The notes beneath the pieces were generated by a model, which did no database searches, was not told the DNA's origin, and saw nothing but the letters and a program-made list of their open reading frames with translations. A DNA stretch of 63,783 nt, filler included, from Phoronis australis (lineage: Eukaryota; Animalia; Phoronida), in NCBI GenBank assembly GCA_002633005.1. It is 16 parts of 16 records of this genome, joined end to end, with 100 filler letters (N's around TTAATTAATTAA, not from the genome) between each part and the next. Parts side by side here need not be neighbours in the genome. Positions count along the whole stretch, not along the records: positions 24,950 to 33,078 come from NMRA01001932.1; positions 33,179 to 35,312 come from NMRA01000639.1; positions 35,413 to 40,437 come from NMRA01002440.1; 13 more parts are not named here. One strand, 5' to 3'. Shown here piece after piece: positions 25,955 to 40,537 of the stretch. Position 1 is the first letter of the stretch. The number at the start of each line of letters is the position of its first letter. The position numbers were made by a program, and so were the translations under genes.

Positions 25955-28900
25955 TTTGAGTTCAAGTGTATGGACAATAGCTTAACCAGTTCAACGCCTG
26001 ATGATGAACTGAGGGGCTTCAGTAGTCAACCCAAACAGCGTGTAATCATTGATGATGGAACGCAACCTCCTGTAATGTTAGAGTCAAAGTATGCTCACAT
26101 GATCGCAGCAACGTTCACAAGCTTTCTACTTAAAAACATAGGTATGGCTTCATAACTGTATAATAAAAAAGGGAAATCAATAAAGTTTGTTATTTTCATG
26201 CGCCCTCGTATCCATAATGTGGGCAAATATTGCCATCATCTCTGTCTGGGCATTTGCCGCAGTTCTAGATTCTTTGCAGGATCACAATTTGACAGATATG
26301 TTCCGGTGGTGACAGATGACAACTAGTTTCAGACCAATTGGACAATCGATGTGCCCCCTACTGGCAATTTTAGTTTTTACTTATCTTCAAAGTTCCTCGA
26401 TGGATTTTCATGAAATTTGGTAAATAGGTGTCTATGAAGTAGATGACGATGTCTTTTTTCCGTTTTCGGCCGGATTTGATATATTTTGCGCCACCTAGGC
26501 CAGTTTTTGTTTTTGAGTCTGTTTCTGATGTCAATTTCTTTATCTGCAAAACTGCTTAAAGGATCAGTATGAAAGTTGGCAGATGTGTTTTTGCCAAGAA
26601 GTTTGGATGTCGCTGATTACGTGAGCCCATCTACTGTTCCAGTGGTACCCCTAGTTTCGATCTCGTTTTTTTCGTCTGCAGCTGGATCTTTGTGAAATTT
26701 GAAAAGTGTTATTCTGCGGATGTGACAACAGAAGATGACTGCTTTCAGGCAAATCTGTCTACTATGGCTGTGTCCCCTGTTGACAATTTTATTTTACTTG
26801 TGTTTATTTCTGTGTGTTTAGAGTTCCTTGACAGAATTTCATGAAATTTGGCAATTGGGTATCTATTATGTAGACAAAGACACCTTTCTACTTTCGGACG
26901 GATTAGACATATTGTGCACCACTTAGTGGCCATTTTTATTGTTTGCGAGTCTGCTTAAAGGATCATTAGATGTTTTCCTACTGACAACGTGAGAGGTTGT
27001 TTTTTTGGACAGGTTCAACTTCTGTGGCTCCTCGTAGTAGCATTTTTTTCATCCACGGTTGTATCTTTGGGAAATATGACAAGTGCATTCCTATGAATGT
27101 GGCAACAAGTGACAATGTCTTTCATGTGGATCATTTTGGCAATTCCATTTTTTATGTTAACTTTGACTCTGCATCACGGACAAATTTTTATGAAATTTTG
27201 CAATAGATTTCTGTGAGGAAGACAACACGGCTTCCCATTTTCAGACTGACTCAACTTATTCTGTGCCTCCTAATGTCTTGTTTGATACTTATAAATTTCC
27301 CTAGAAGCGTACAATTTGCGGTGCATCCGTGGGTGCATTTAAACGCATTGCTCTTAGTGGGTCATATTGAGTCAGTTTTGGTACTACGTACCGTATTTGA
27401 AATAAGACATAAACTTTTTGGAGTTGTACGAAAAGCATTTTATAATTTGTTTGTCTTGTTATGAATGTATTTTGATCCTAATGCGAATGTGTTGTATTAC
27501 TGTTTATGAACTAGTTATGAAACTGTTTCTCATCTGATGAAATTATTTAGGTAATGATGTAAGTATTGGTTCGCTGGGTAAATGGTAATTCTTGTGTTTT
27601 TAGGGGGCTCAGAGACATTTAAAGACAAGCGAGAGTTTTTTTACAGTGAACTGAGGAAAATGCAGCATAAGCATGCACACTCGACTAAGGCAGTTCAGGT
27701 GCAGCGTTATCGACTGCTAGAGTCGGTGAGTGTACTAAAGCAGTTCAGGTGCAGCGTTATCGACTGCTAGAGTCGGTGAGTGTACTAAAGCAGTTCAGGT
27801 GCAGCGTTATCAACTGCTAGAGTCGGTGAGTTTACTAAAGCAGTTCAGGTGCAGTGTTATCGACTGCTAGAGTCGGTGAGTGTACTAAAGCAGTTCAGGT
27901 TCAGCGTTATCGACTGCTAGAGTCGGTGAGTTTACTAAAGCAGTTCAGGTGCAGCGTTATCAACTGCTAGAGTCGGTGAGTGTAACGTATTAAGTACACA
28001 CGCTCACCTTTGTGGACTGTTGCAGTTGGTGTATGTAATATATTAGGAACACACACACTCACTGATAGTAATTTAAGTGCTGTGATATCACTTGTTAGTC
28101 AGTGTAACTCTAGCTGCCAATACACAGCAGCTGTTGTCACTTGTTGTTTCTTAAATATGTATTTGCATGCTCCTAACTATGCTAATGTATAGCAGGAAGT
28201 AAAAGACAATGCTATTTGAACATCATCTGCACTAAACAAAGTGCAGTTGTATTCATTGTCAACTTGTAAATGGGAAAACAAAAATTCTGCGAATAAGTGA
28301 CCTTTACACTAATGACATACCTTGGGGCTCATAGCCCGCATCATGCAGTGTTATTCCCCAGCACCACGTCACGATATTTACTGGACATGGTTGAGTGATA
28401 TACGACAGATCGTTTTCAACACAAAAATTGTTAAAAACATTTGGCAATTTTCAGCCTACTTCATATTCACATTGTCACTATATGTTGTGTTTCTAACTAA
28501 TTTTACCAAGCAATCACAGAGATAGGTAATTAGCTTGGAAGTTCCACTTTAGTATGCATCAATTTAATTGACTATTTTCTGCTAAAAATTATCTGGTATG
28601 ATGTGAGTGCTGAGCTGAAAGTGACAATATGTAACCATGTCTGTGTCAGTATCTGTTGCTTGCTGGATAAAGACATCTTGATGTCTCCTGTTGGCTGGTT
28701 TTAATTGGTATTACAGCTGACCATTTGTTGGGATCAATAAACATTCTCTAATATGAATGGTGAAAGCCATAATGAGCCTTCCAGTGTTGTGTGCAAAATT
28801 AAAATGAAAATAAAACCAAGTTATATCAGAAATCATTAACTTCCCCCATGATTAGTTAAAGCATTACTCACAAGGGGGCATATTGATCACAGATTGCTGT

Positions 28901-31900
28901 GCAACTTGCCATGCTTAGAATGACATTCTGTCACTGAAAAAATGTCTTGGGTGCCAGGCACAAAGAAGGGTCTAGTATGCAGTGGACTTTACTTGCTAGG
29001 TAGAATTTAAACACCTGCACACCTGAGCAAATAGAAGACTGCATTTAATTACCTCCAATGTTGGACTACTCTTTTAACTATAACTGATCTGAGCCATGTG
29101 ATATACATTTTCTTTATTGTCGCAAACAAGATTTAGCAATTTTGTGTTGGATTGAGAGGCTAACACCTTAAACCATCAACCATGGAGGCTTTTAAACGGC
29201 ATGTCTGTGATTGTTAGTGTTAGATGCCAGACTACTAATGACAAATGAAAAAATGTAATTTGTTGTAGTCATTCAAAGCCACTGAGTCGTTCACGCTAAG
29301 TGACTGGCTGAAACGCTTTGAAATTCAATTTACGGGTGAGGAAGGCTTGGATTGGGGTGGATTGAGAAGAGAATGGTTCGAGCTGATATGTGGCGCTCTC
29401 TTTGACCCATCGCAGTCTGGACTTTTCCGGCAATTCAAGGATGATTCTCAAGGGCTTGTAAGTAAACACTATGGCAGTCGGACTTCTACACTTGTCTTGT
29501 TTTGGAACTATGCCAAATAATGTTCCAGATGTTTAAAGTGTTTTCTTTCTGTTGTAACTGGATATCTTTCCCAGTGTATCTGTTCAGGGCATTCTTATGC
29601 TAAATTTTGTGACAGAATCACATTATTTTTTCTATGGTAATGAGAAGCGACCATGCCTTATGGTTTCAATACTTGATGATCGATGAAATGTCATTGTTGA
29701 CTTGATTTTAGTATATTGTGTCACTATTCCCAGTGACGTATGGCTGCAATATTTCTAGTCTTGGAATAGTTAGAATGAGTATAACTGTGCAATGTCACCA
29801 TTTCCAGTGCCTGCCCAACGCTGGTCGACCAGAATCTCTGAAGCTTAAGTTATACGAATTTGCTGGGAAGATTGTGGGCAAGTGTTTATACGAGTCAGCA
29901 CTAGGGGGCACTTATTACCAGGCAGTAAAAGCCAAGTTCGCTCGCTCTTTTCTTGCTCAATTAATTGGATTACGGGTGAACTACAGAGTAAGTAGTGCAA
30001 GGTTGAATTAATCGCATCTAGAAAGTGATTTGATTAGTTGTTGTAAAATGAATCTAAACCAATGTGACTGCTTGTCAGCGATGTGTTCTATATGATAACC
30101 TTGACTGTTCCTGTGACATTCCCTTTCAACTCTGATCATATTAGCTTACAGTGTCTATGCTTGTGGGTTCTAGTGGCAAGTTGAATGAAACAATCCCAAA
30201 TAAGGACTCCACTGTATTCAATACTGTTCAACACATTTGTGGACTTGTGCAAACACTGATTATCATTTCTAATGTTGCTTCTGTAACTGAATGCTAGGCC
30301 ACTGTGAACACTTGAACAATCCAGCAGTAATATTTTCATGCAGTGAACACTAATTACTCCAAATCTGTTGTCCATTATGAGTCATGAGCCATCCATACTT
30401 GTCATTACAGCTTACAGTGAACACTACTTACACAAAGTCCTCATGATGGGCAAGTCTGCGCCATTTTGGCTTGCACTATTTTATGCTAATAACTTTTTTT
30501 AGCGAATTGTTTTTTTGTTGTCAGCATAATCGCTTAGCGCGTAAATATACACCCACGCACACAGGCACACACACACACACACAGGCACACACACACACAC
30601 AGGCACACATACACACAGGCACGCACACACACGCATGCACGTGCACACACACACACGCACACACTACATTGGGTTGTAGTAGAAGTAGTAGTACTCAAAG
30701 TGATTACAGGCTATACTGTTCTTCACTAACATGGACTGCAGTGTGTTAATTTTTCTGTTTGCAGTATTTTGAACAAGATGATCCTGACCTGTATGTGTCG
30801 AAGGTTAAATATTTTGAAGAGAACGACCCTGAAGAAATGGAAGTGTTCTTTGTAGAGGAAGAGTATAGCAGCACAGGGCAACTATTGAAGGTATTGTTAC
30901 ATGCTAATGGTGAATTACCAACTATTTAAGGTACTGCTCAAGATTATTTACCGAAAAAGTAGACTGAAATTTTTATTCACTAATTAACTGCATATGTGTT
31001 AAGAATAGGAGCAATTGATGAGCTGACATAGGTGAAGAAAATCGATGAAAGGAGTCATTTTGAAGAAGGTAGTAGGGTGTGAAACTGATGTAATAGTCAA
31101 TTGATAGTAAAATTGAATCATTGAAGTCTGTCATTCACTGTTAGCATGGGTAGGGTACAGTTATATTGTTTCAAGGAGACAAAAATGTATTCCTTAACCT
31201 CAGTAAAACAACGCTCAGTGAAAGTCGTCCCAGAGCCTCACTGTCCCTCTTATTGTGGTCTGTTTTTCACAAAGTATCTAGGTCAATAGTCAATACAGGG
31301 TCCTTGATCTCCTGAGGGAAGGGTGCCAGTGCCTTTCAAGAGGAGAATTGGAATTTGATGTTTGAGGGGAAAATCCCTCTCACCGCTGTCACCACCAATT
31401 CCAACCCCTGTCACCACCCGTCATTGACAAATGGTTTAAGTAGCCAAAACTAATATTTTGTAGAAGGAGTGATTCTAACATTGTGGGGATTTTTTTAGTC
31501 GTTGGATGAGAGTTTATGTGTCTGATGAAAGGATTTTTTTTCATAAGGGAATGGGCCCAATATTTAATCCCAAAATCGATTCATCGAAGGCTCCGCAATG
31601 TCAAGTTACTCTCAGCTTCTCAGCTGGAAGACTACAAATTTAAGGTTAGAGGCTATGGAGCTTAACATACATGTGCTAGAAATTTGGGTTTTATTTTTAT
31701 GGCTTAGAGTTTAATGAAATACCACTTATGGTATGGTGGATAGTACTGAAACACTGATATGACTCCCCCCTACAGTGAGTAGTGTAATGCAGTGTTTTCT
31801 GGGAGAAGTAGATTATAGATGGAAATGCCACGTACTAACGATTTTGACTTATTGTTGTTTATTTTGAACTAGTTTGCCTCGGTCTTTGACATTAATTTTG

Positions 31901-32145
31901 TTCAATACTGCAACTCAAAATTACTCATCAGTTGTTCTTCTTTGCATGCTTACCAGACTGTGGAGTTATGTCCAGGGGGTGCCACCATTCAAGTGACCAA
32001 GGAGAACAAACTTAAGTACCTCAATGCTCTCGCCCAGTACCGACTAGTTGACAGTGTGCGAGAAGAGGTTGACAGGTTCTTGAAGGGTCTGAACGAGATA
32101 GTGCCAGACAACCTGTTGAGTATTTTTGATGAGAACGAATTAGAG
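25955..32145 (+). CDS. AREL1: Apoptosis-resistant E3 ubiquitin ligase 1 (HECT), six internal exons
   Basis: Phase-consistent exons 25955-26141, 27604-27725, 29269-29457, 29808-29987, 30765-30890, 31957-32145. Peptides [48 protein letters not shown] and [11 protein letters not shown] match recalled AREL1. Confidence 0.95.
26192..27380 (+). mobile_element. Degenerate HINE-like (Helentron-associated) element in an AREL1 intron
   Basis: Start TTTTCATGCGCCC..TGTGGGC..CATCTCTGTC and internal GCGCCACCTAGGCC / GCACCACTTAGTGGCC units resemble the reverse complement of 40538-41289. A similar relic lies at ~32510-32900. Confidence 0.55.
27684..27984 (+). repeat. Six-copy 50-bp minisatellite spanning an AREL1 exon end and splice donor
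   Basis: Unit ACTAAAGCAGTTCAGGTGCAGCGTTATCGACTGCTAGAGTCG|GTGAGTGT; GT at 27726, 27776, 27826, 27876, 27926, 27976. Confidence 0.95.
30548..30663. repeat. Interrupted (CA)n microsatellite
   Basis: CA run with CAGG and CG interruptions. Confidence 0.9.
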
Positions 32146-35100
32146 GTATGTAACAGAGTGTATACATGTCTGTGATATTCTAAAGGACATCGTGAAACTT
32201 GAATACATTTTATTTTGATTTTAGGCACCTCAGTCTGGTGTTTGCCCATCTGTTGTCTGCAGCTTTATCCTTTGTACCCCTTGCAGAGTTGTTGTGAAAT
32301 GACATCTTTTAGACGGATGCTACAACAGGTGCCTTCTTGGGACAATTTAAAATTATTATGCACAACATGTTCATATTATGTAGGTGCATTACATTGTCAT
32401 TCCTGTCTGTCTCTCCAGCTGTCTGGCCAAACGACGTCCTCTGCTGTACGTTTGAAACCTTTCATAGATGTTTAAAATATAATGATCATAGCATGTACCT
32501 GCACTGTATGTTATGCACATTGTGGGGGCATATCAGCACACAGTGATTATGTTTATGTGGTTATGTTTACCTCTGCGTCTAAGTTCCTTGTCAGACTTTT
32601 AGGAAATTTAGTGAATATATAGTTATCTATTTAGTAGATGAAGATGCCTACACGGTTCCGGATGGATAGAACGTGTGTGGCACTACTTAGTGGCTATTTT
32701 TCACCATTATTAGTCTCTTTGCTGTCTGCCTCTTTATCCCAAAAGCTGCTAAATTTACAGAAGATTATGTTCCTACTGAGAAGATGTTAATTTTCATATG
32801 GCTTCGACTACTGTGGCACCCCCTTGAGGCACTTTTGTTTTTTGTGTTCATGGCTATGTCTTTTGAACACCTTGTAGGATCTTTGTGAGATCAGGCAAGT
32901 GTGTTTCCATGAACAACAATGTAAAAGCTTTGAAAATTAATGGTCAACATTCTGGGCCTGTGTTAGCTTCTGTCACCTAAGTTTATTCACTAAGAATGAA
33001 TATTTTGCTATTTCAGTAGCAACTGCATGGTATAGACTTCTGAATTTTGGTTTGTTGGATATTGTTACTGCTTGCAAANNNNNNNNNNNNNNNNNNNNNN
33101 NNNNNNNNNNNNNNNNNNNNNNTTAATTAATTAANNNNNNNNNNNNNNNNNNNNNNNNNNNNNNNNNNNNNNNNNNNNCGGCCAGATGCTTGTCTTTGGG
33201 AAACCTAAATAGGGTCACGCCTTCCACCTGGCTGGTGTTAGCACAGTTGGCGCACACACACCGATGTACCATGTCTAAATCACGCCAAGATTGAACGCTC
33301 CTTGTTCGTCTTCCACTGTTTTGTATGGGCGGTAAACTGCATTGTGGGATATTGATCTAGTTTGTGTTCCCCAACACCATGTCACGGTGTCAAAGGTCAA
33401 CTTTTCGCGGATTTTTTTTAATTTTCGCTTTTTAACGTAACTACAGACACAATAACATGATAATTGGAAGAAGATATATCCAACTAACAATATCTTGAAA
33501 ATATTATTACAATTTAACATACTTAGACCTTGCAATTTACACTTTAAAGGTGCTGCGCTTAATATCACTACCATTCCTTGGCGAGTATTTTGAGCTACGT
33601 ACAACTTCCATCTCAACAACCAACGGAACAAGGCTCGTAAAGCGCTTCCATTCCGCACAGAGTAATTATATAAGACTTTGCTAAAGGTGCGCGTGGCAGG
33701 TGGTCTCCCTATCTTACGTCATTGCTCTGTAGGCATTTGTGGCCCGAGTTGAGTTTGAACATTTCCACTGACGTCGGCGTGACGAAGGGCTAGTTTTTTT
33801 ACCAAACGTCCAGCTAATTTCAATAAAATTTCGCAATAATATGATTGAATTCGATAGCATCTTTCATAGTTCTTGGTCTTTTTGAAATATAAAATGATCA
33901 GACCATTACTTCTTACTCCTGTGTTCTGTCCATAAAATGTGAATGGGCCTAATCTAAACAGTCTCTCTTTTGTCATAGAAGTACAATACACAATTGTCAC
34001 TCAACAGTGAAGTGTCGAACTAATGAATTGGATTTACCGATTAGCAGTTATTGGTTCCCCGTTTAATCAATACACAAAACTGGTTCGGTGTAGAGGGTTG
34101 ATCATTACTAGCCTATATTCTATTGTACAGTAATTATTGAACAATACAGAGGTTTGTTACAATGCAAACGTTTTATTTCCGTGATACGACTATGTACAGA
34201 TACATGTGGGCTCGAAATAATCATAATACATAACAAAGAATTTCAAGGTATCGTTAAAGATTTATATCTGGTAGCAAGGAAACGCTCAAACAGAAAAAAA
34301 TGCATTTTTACAAACAACTACATTATCTAACTTTGTGTTCATAGCCACTCTTCGATACATCTCTACTTCCTGTATTAGGTTTTGTATGTTTTCAAAATCA
34401 ATCTGGATCACAGACGATAATGTGAAAACTCTAATTTACTATCGGATTGCAATGACCTCTGTTGCTCAAATTACAAATTTCGTCCCTGCATACTCCTCTG
34501 GTTGAATCTCAACAAAAACAAATTGCCACGATCACAGAAACTGAGAGACAGATTAGGACGCAAATAATGCACGTAGGTGAAATTTAACTAACTAAATACG
34601 ACAATTAAATATACACAGCAGTTTATGTACAGCATACGAATTAGGATGAGATATTATTACAATGTTGTGCAAATCAAATGTGCAACACACGAGTACAAGT
34701 AAGAGACCCTCGGAACACACATAACATTCTCCAGAGTCTATTTCAGAAGTTCTAAATCGCGCGGCCGTGATATCGTTATTCAGGAGACACCTGCTTGCTT
34801 TCATTGGCCAACTTCCGTTTCCGCAACTGGGAACTTGATTTCGTGTGATGTTTTGCGAGTTGCATTCTGGGTCATACTTGATTTCTATCACAGCGATGCA
34901 ATGACGAATGTACAATGACGTAACAAAGACCGATGACGAGGCTAGTACTGGGCCATGATTTTTACGAATTCTGAAATAAATGAATTCAAACGTGAAAGAT
35001 GTCTTACAACCTGTTACATAGACTCTATTCACGCGGCAGACATTAAAATCCAAAGCGAGTCTCACTGCGATAAACAAAGCGAAAGTAGACATTGCGTGAG

Positions 35101-35412
35101 TTGAATAGCCGGTCTTTCGAGTCCAACCTGGATATTGAATTTTAATAATGTGTCAACAATTAAACCACACAGACGTAGAAAATTACATTAGAGAACAAGT
35201 TAAGGCGTCAAAGAGTTGTCTGACGAAAGGGTTTATTTTTTCTCGGAAAACTAGGTTCGAAACATGAAAAGTAAATATGGCCAAATTGCGGCGATCGTAG
35301 TGTTACGGATTANNNNNNNNNNNNNNNNNNNNNNNNNNNNNNNNNNNNNNNNNNNNTTAATTAATTAANNNNNNNNNNNNNNNNNNNNNNNNNNNNNNNN
35401 NNNNNNNNNNNN

Positions 35413-35639
35413 TATCCCAGATGCCCGGCAATGTTGACAATTTACGTTCCTCCGAAACATAAAGAGCAACTTCTGCTTTTCGAGGTGAAAGTCGTCTGCA
35501 ACGCCGCGGTAAGAAAGGAATTTGCCGCGGAAATTTTATATCAAATCCGATTTTTTTACGCGGAAATACAATAAAATGCGCGGACAGAACATTTGAAAAA
35601 AGCGGAAATCCGCGTTTCCGCGGAAAATTCCAAGCCCTG
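35413..35639 (+). mobile_element. Right half of the CAGGGCTTGGAAT MITE, cut by the contig start
   Basis: Near-identical to ~3970-4195; ends ATTCCAAGCCCTG. Confidence 0.88.
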
Positions 35640-35802
35640 TAGTTTTCAATAGAATAAACAATTTCCAGCTTCCTCTCTCATAAGTTACTTAAGCCCCACA
35701 ACAAGTTGATCCTGCCCTGATTAAAACTCTTAGACAATGAGATCTTTTAGGTGAGCTTGCATTTTTGGATTGATGTAGTTGTTCTCAACCATTAACACTC
35801 AC

Positions 35803-38800
35803 CTCGGAGGCTCTTTCTGTTGCTCTAGAATCGGCCTGCTTGGTCGAGGGTTCCATGCCATAATGACGCTCAGTTTGAAGAAGATAAGCCACATTCTCAC
35901 GGGCCCCTGGCTGTAAGTTGGCTGACACAGCACGGTTCATGATGGACAATGCCTGCGAGAAGTGATCTGAAGCAAACAAAAGAGTGACGACCTGGTAGTA
36001 ACACATGAATAAGAGTAACAGTGTTTGACAAAGAATGACGAGATTCTGATTGCAGTGGAAAAAATGCGACCATGATGAGATTACAGAACTGTAATAACAT
36101 GAAAAGTGAAATTTGACCATAGGAGCTTGAGACATGCATGCGGTAGCCCACCACACTAAATAGCTTGGTGAAGAGTTCATTGATTTACAAGAACAACCTT
36201 ACTAGGTACTTGGTAGGACATATCTTGCGGCGTTAAAATATTGATGTGAACTGATATTAAGGCGAACAATTGCTCTCTCCCTAACTATGATACTTTGAAT
36301 TTTAAGATATTTTTTTCACCTTTGATAGCAGGCTGCGCCAGTACATCTTCAGGAATCATAGACTTCCAGCCTGTGTACCACTTGGTCACCTCATCATAGT
36401 TGGGGTTGTTACTCAGCCATGTACACAACACCTGTGTCCACTTGGGGAAGAAGTGTTTGTCCAGCAAAGTGGCCACAGCACTACTGGGCATCATGTCCTT
36501 CCATGCCATGGCCCAGTTCCAGCCATCTAAAAACCAAGAAAGTTTACTTGGGTTTGTCATGGGTTCTGGTAAGGTGATAAGACACTCAGACAGACTTCAA
36601 CCCAATAATTTATTTGGTAGCTTGTTCAGGCTACAAATGCTTGGTACGAATGCACCTGCCACCTGCAGTCACAATGACATACTATTCATCAAGTTCACTA
36701 GCACGAGCATGTCTGTACCAACACAAGTATATGGCTCCGATACCAGCTACAGTATGAACAATAATGTAAATGCACACACACTTTCTGGATTAAAATAAAC
36801 GACAAACAAAGATTCCCTTGGCATGCGCGTCATTTGACATAAAATGTCTGGCTACAAAAGTGCTCATAAAAACATTAATTACAAATCATAAGAGAAAATG
36901 ACCCTTGCAACCATTCAAGTAACTAGCATTTCCACAACTAGGGAAAGTGCTGATGATCAACAAAATAACATCTTATTTGCAACAGTTCACCTAGGTGTTG
37001 TTGATGAGGATTGATAACAAACTCTGACAGGCAGAGGGCCAGCTTAGGGATGATGTTCTTGGTCAAGAAAGCGCTCAAGTGACCAGGTGAGAAGACGGTC
37101 TTCCACGGCTCCAAGATCATCTTGGCTGACGGGTCGGATGGGTGCCAGTTAGTGAGTGCAAACTGCAACTTGTGGCGGATTGGTGGGTACAGGATCTCCA
37201 GCTTTTTACCTGCAATACCAGAGGATACATTATGCGGCTACAATGGATAAACTGAACTAAGAGGCCTTTTGTGGAAATAGCTAAAATAAGCATCATTGGA
37301 ATGGAAATGACGCTATGAAGCAAAATCAACAGATTCTAAGTATCTGTAAGAGATTAATAAAGTCACAGATTGGATTCTGACTTAAAATCTGAAGGAAAAC
37401 AACTGCTTTTTTTAGCAAATGGCTTCATTACAGCATGACCTGTTCAAGAATAATGAATAGTTTACAATTTTAATTTTAACATATATGTATGAAAATGTTT
37501 CTTATCCTTTAAAAACAGTTTCATGACTAAATAGTTCAATTGAAAATTCCCATTACCATCAAAACACACAAGTTACGTAGAGTTTGTCAGACCTAAAACT
37601 TCACCGATAAAATGCATGACATTACCGAGAGTTTGCCCGACCAACAATCTTAAAAACGTGGCTTACATAGAGTTTGCAATGCTTTAAACTTTACTACTGT
37701 TAAAATGTATGATGTAACCAAGAGTTTGTCTGACCCAAAATCTAATAAAAACTTGGTTTACATAGAGTTTGCAATGCTTTACTACTGTTAAAATGTATGA
37801 TGTTACATAGAGTTTGCCTGACCCAAAATCTAACAAAAACTTGGTTTACATAGAGTTTGTTTGTCCTAAAATCTCATCAAAATGAATGCTGTTACTCACC
37901 CATGAGAGGAAGCCAGGGGTGAATCCAAGCATGTATTGGCACAGTGTCAGTTAACGGGTTCCAGTTGTCTACCTCTCTCTGTCAACAAAAGAGAAACAAA
38001 TACAATATCAAGGAACACCCCTCTTAAGAAACAACCCTAATCCAAAATACCAGAACTCCAATCTGATTCTAAGAAAATTACCCACAATTCTACGCATCCG
38101 TGGGGCAGCAGGTTTTACTGTTGCACAGCAAGTTGCAAAGCAGACGTCAAAAATTGACAAACCAAGTGCTGCACAATACTCCGCTCCTTACATGTCCAAC
38201 TCAGAACTGAGTTAGCATCTCAACCATTCAAACTAGGACAACCATACAATGAGATCTTCTACCTTCGCAAAACAGAAACAGTTGAATTAAGGACATGCGT
38301 AGTGATACGCTTTATATCCAACAAAGGTTCAAATATTTTAAAAACTAAATATTTACACAATTCATAACATGTATACCGTAACATGCTGTATGCTATACTG
38401 TTGAGAACATGGAAAAATAAATGCAATATGAATGCAAAATTTACAAATGATGTTTCAGGGCAGCGTTCCATAGCTCAAGTGTTTTGAAAGAAAAGCAGGA
38501 TCACACAAGTCTTCGCTGATTACATGAGAGTCATATGATCACACCAGCTTTATTAGCCAAAGTCCTGCATCTACGGAATGTACCCCAGACTTATCCAAGG
38601 GGCTACAATCTTAGCTGGCTCCACATTGCAATGTCGAATACTTTTTGTCGAATGGTTGAGCTTAATAGAAATTACCTGCAGTTTCGGCATAATAAGCTGT
38701 GTCTTGATATTTTCAAATATCCATGTCGGCAGGACTGGCATCCAATTCTCGAGAAACTCAATGAGAGGCTCAGGCTGACGGACATCCCAAGATCTGGCCA

Positions 38801-40437
38801 GGGGAGATAACATAAAACAGTTACACAACGCACACATCAAGTAAAACACATCAATACCAATCAACAACTCCACTGACACATAATTTGTTGTATGCCATTT
38901 CACTGTAGTGCTGCACCATAAGACATAACTGGTTGTATGCCATTTCAATGTAGTGCTGCACCATAAGTTACTTTTCCCTGACGTTAATGCACCAATAAGC
39001 CAGTTACATTAACAGGATTCTTCCAAGTGAAACTGAATGGCCACTCTGACCAATCCTAAGCTATGCTTAAATGTACAAAAATTACATTACACACCCAATT
39101 CAGTAAGAATGAAATGCGCTTCATAGGAGCTTTAGGCTTTATACGTTTCTCCAACAATCCTATGGTACGTCACAATTTTAACAAAATTAAGCCAGACATG
39201 TATGAACATACAAACCCAACTCTGCTATGACAGTATGCTCGCAGAATGCAACAGGTGGCCACTAAGTTTTGCTTGAAACTCATCACAATCACACAAGGTG
39301 GAAATTGAAAGTTCAATCAAAGTATAACAAGCAGTTGACCACTTTCCAAGGAGAGTCTTCGAGAACAGTCTGATAATCATGAGCAAAAGGGTAAATGATA
39401 CATTTTTATTTCGCAGAAACTCATTCTAAACAAACCAGGACATGCCCCTCCCACTCACACGATAGCCGACCTCAGGCTCGGCATCCAGCCATCCCAGATC
39501 AGTTTCTGGTACGGGTCCATGTTTGATTGGTCATTACCATACCGACGACCTGTGTCCTCAAGAACGTCCCTCCAGCATCGTATGGCCGATATACCCAGTG
39601 TGCCAGCACGGAGGGGGTTCCACGTTGAGAAATACTTCTTCACCTGTAGTATTTTGAATAGCAAAAAACTACTGAGCCATTACTACAGTGCTCCAAATGT
39701 TCAAAACCAAATGTCATCCGGTGACAACTGTACCATACAGACCACATTAAAACAAAAGGTGAATTTTTCATAAAATTATATTCATTGAGAAATTTGACAA
39801 AATCAAATTCAACTTTATTCATATTGTATCCTTAAAAAAGGTATATTTACTGTAATCAATGATATCCGACATAATTGTTAAAACCACTCTTTGCTTTCTT
39901 AGTATTTTCCACACTTTCTCAGCTGCAATCAAGACAAGTTGTCTTGAAATACGTGAGCTGAACACATCAACCAGAAGTTCACTAAATAGTAATTGTAGAT
40001 GGCCTTTTGTGTTAACAATTTCCAATTTTAATTTCTCATTGTTAGCATGTTATCTAATGACTACACGAATATGTTTCTTCTTAACTACTAGGTATTGCAC
40101 TGGACTCTATTAATTGTAAGGCCAAGAGTAACGTCATTGGTTTCAGCCTGAGCCAGGCTCATTTTTAAAGCAACCTCACAACAGGGATATAAAAAGGATA
40201 CCACTCATTTCAGAAATACTGGGGTTTGGAAAAGAAAAATCCTAGCCCGTTTCAGCGGGCAGAGAATACGAACAACTAACGTATTGCGTGAATTCACAAA
40301 AAACACAAACCAGAACCAATCATGCTGTTTTGTTTGGCCTAATCTGACACCAACTGATCAGCTGTGTTCACCTACCAGTGGGAATGCCATAGCCATGGCC
40401 ATTGCAGCTAAGTCGTACATCTTGAATTCCTCATAGA
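35803..40437 (-). CDS. TFIP11: Tuftelin-interacting protein 11 (spliceosome disassembly factor), seven internal exons
   Basis: Phase-consistent exons 40437(cut)-40376, 39643-39459, 38793-38676, 37978-37900, 37209-36991, 36526-36320, 35966-35803. Peptides [37 protein letters not shown] and [16 protein letters not shown] match recalled TFIP11. Confidence 0.95.
37570..37885. repeat. Diverged ~35-40-bp minisatellite in a TFIP11 intron
   Basis: AGAGTTTG core recurs about seven times with alternating spacers. Confidence 0.75.
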
Positions 40438-40537
40438 NNNNNNNNNNNNNNNNNNNNNNNNNNNNNNNNNNNNNNNNNNNNTTAATTAATTAANNNNNNN
40501 NNNNNNNNNNNNNNNNNNNNNNNNNNNNNNNNNNNNN

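Noticed and set aside
27684-27984. CRISPR-like array
   Set aside because: No unique spacers and no cas genes; the unit is exon plus donor sequence.
33179-35312. 127-aa and 166-aa ORFs
   Set aside because: No recognisable motif or exon structure.
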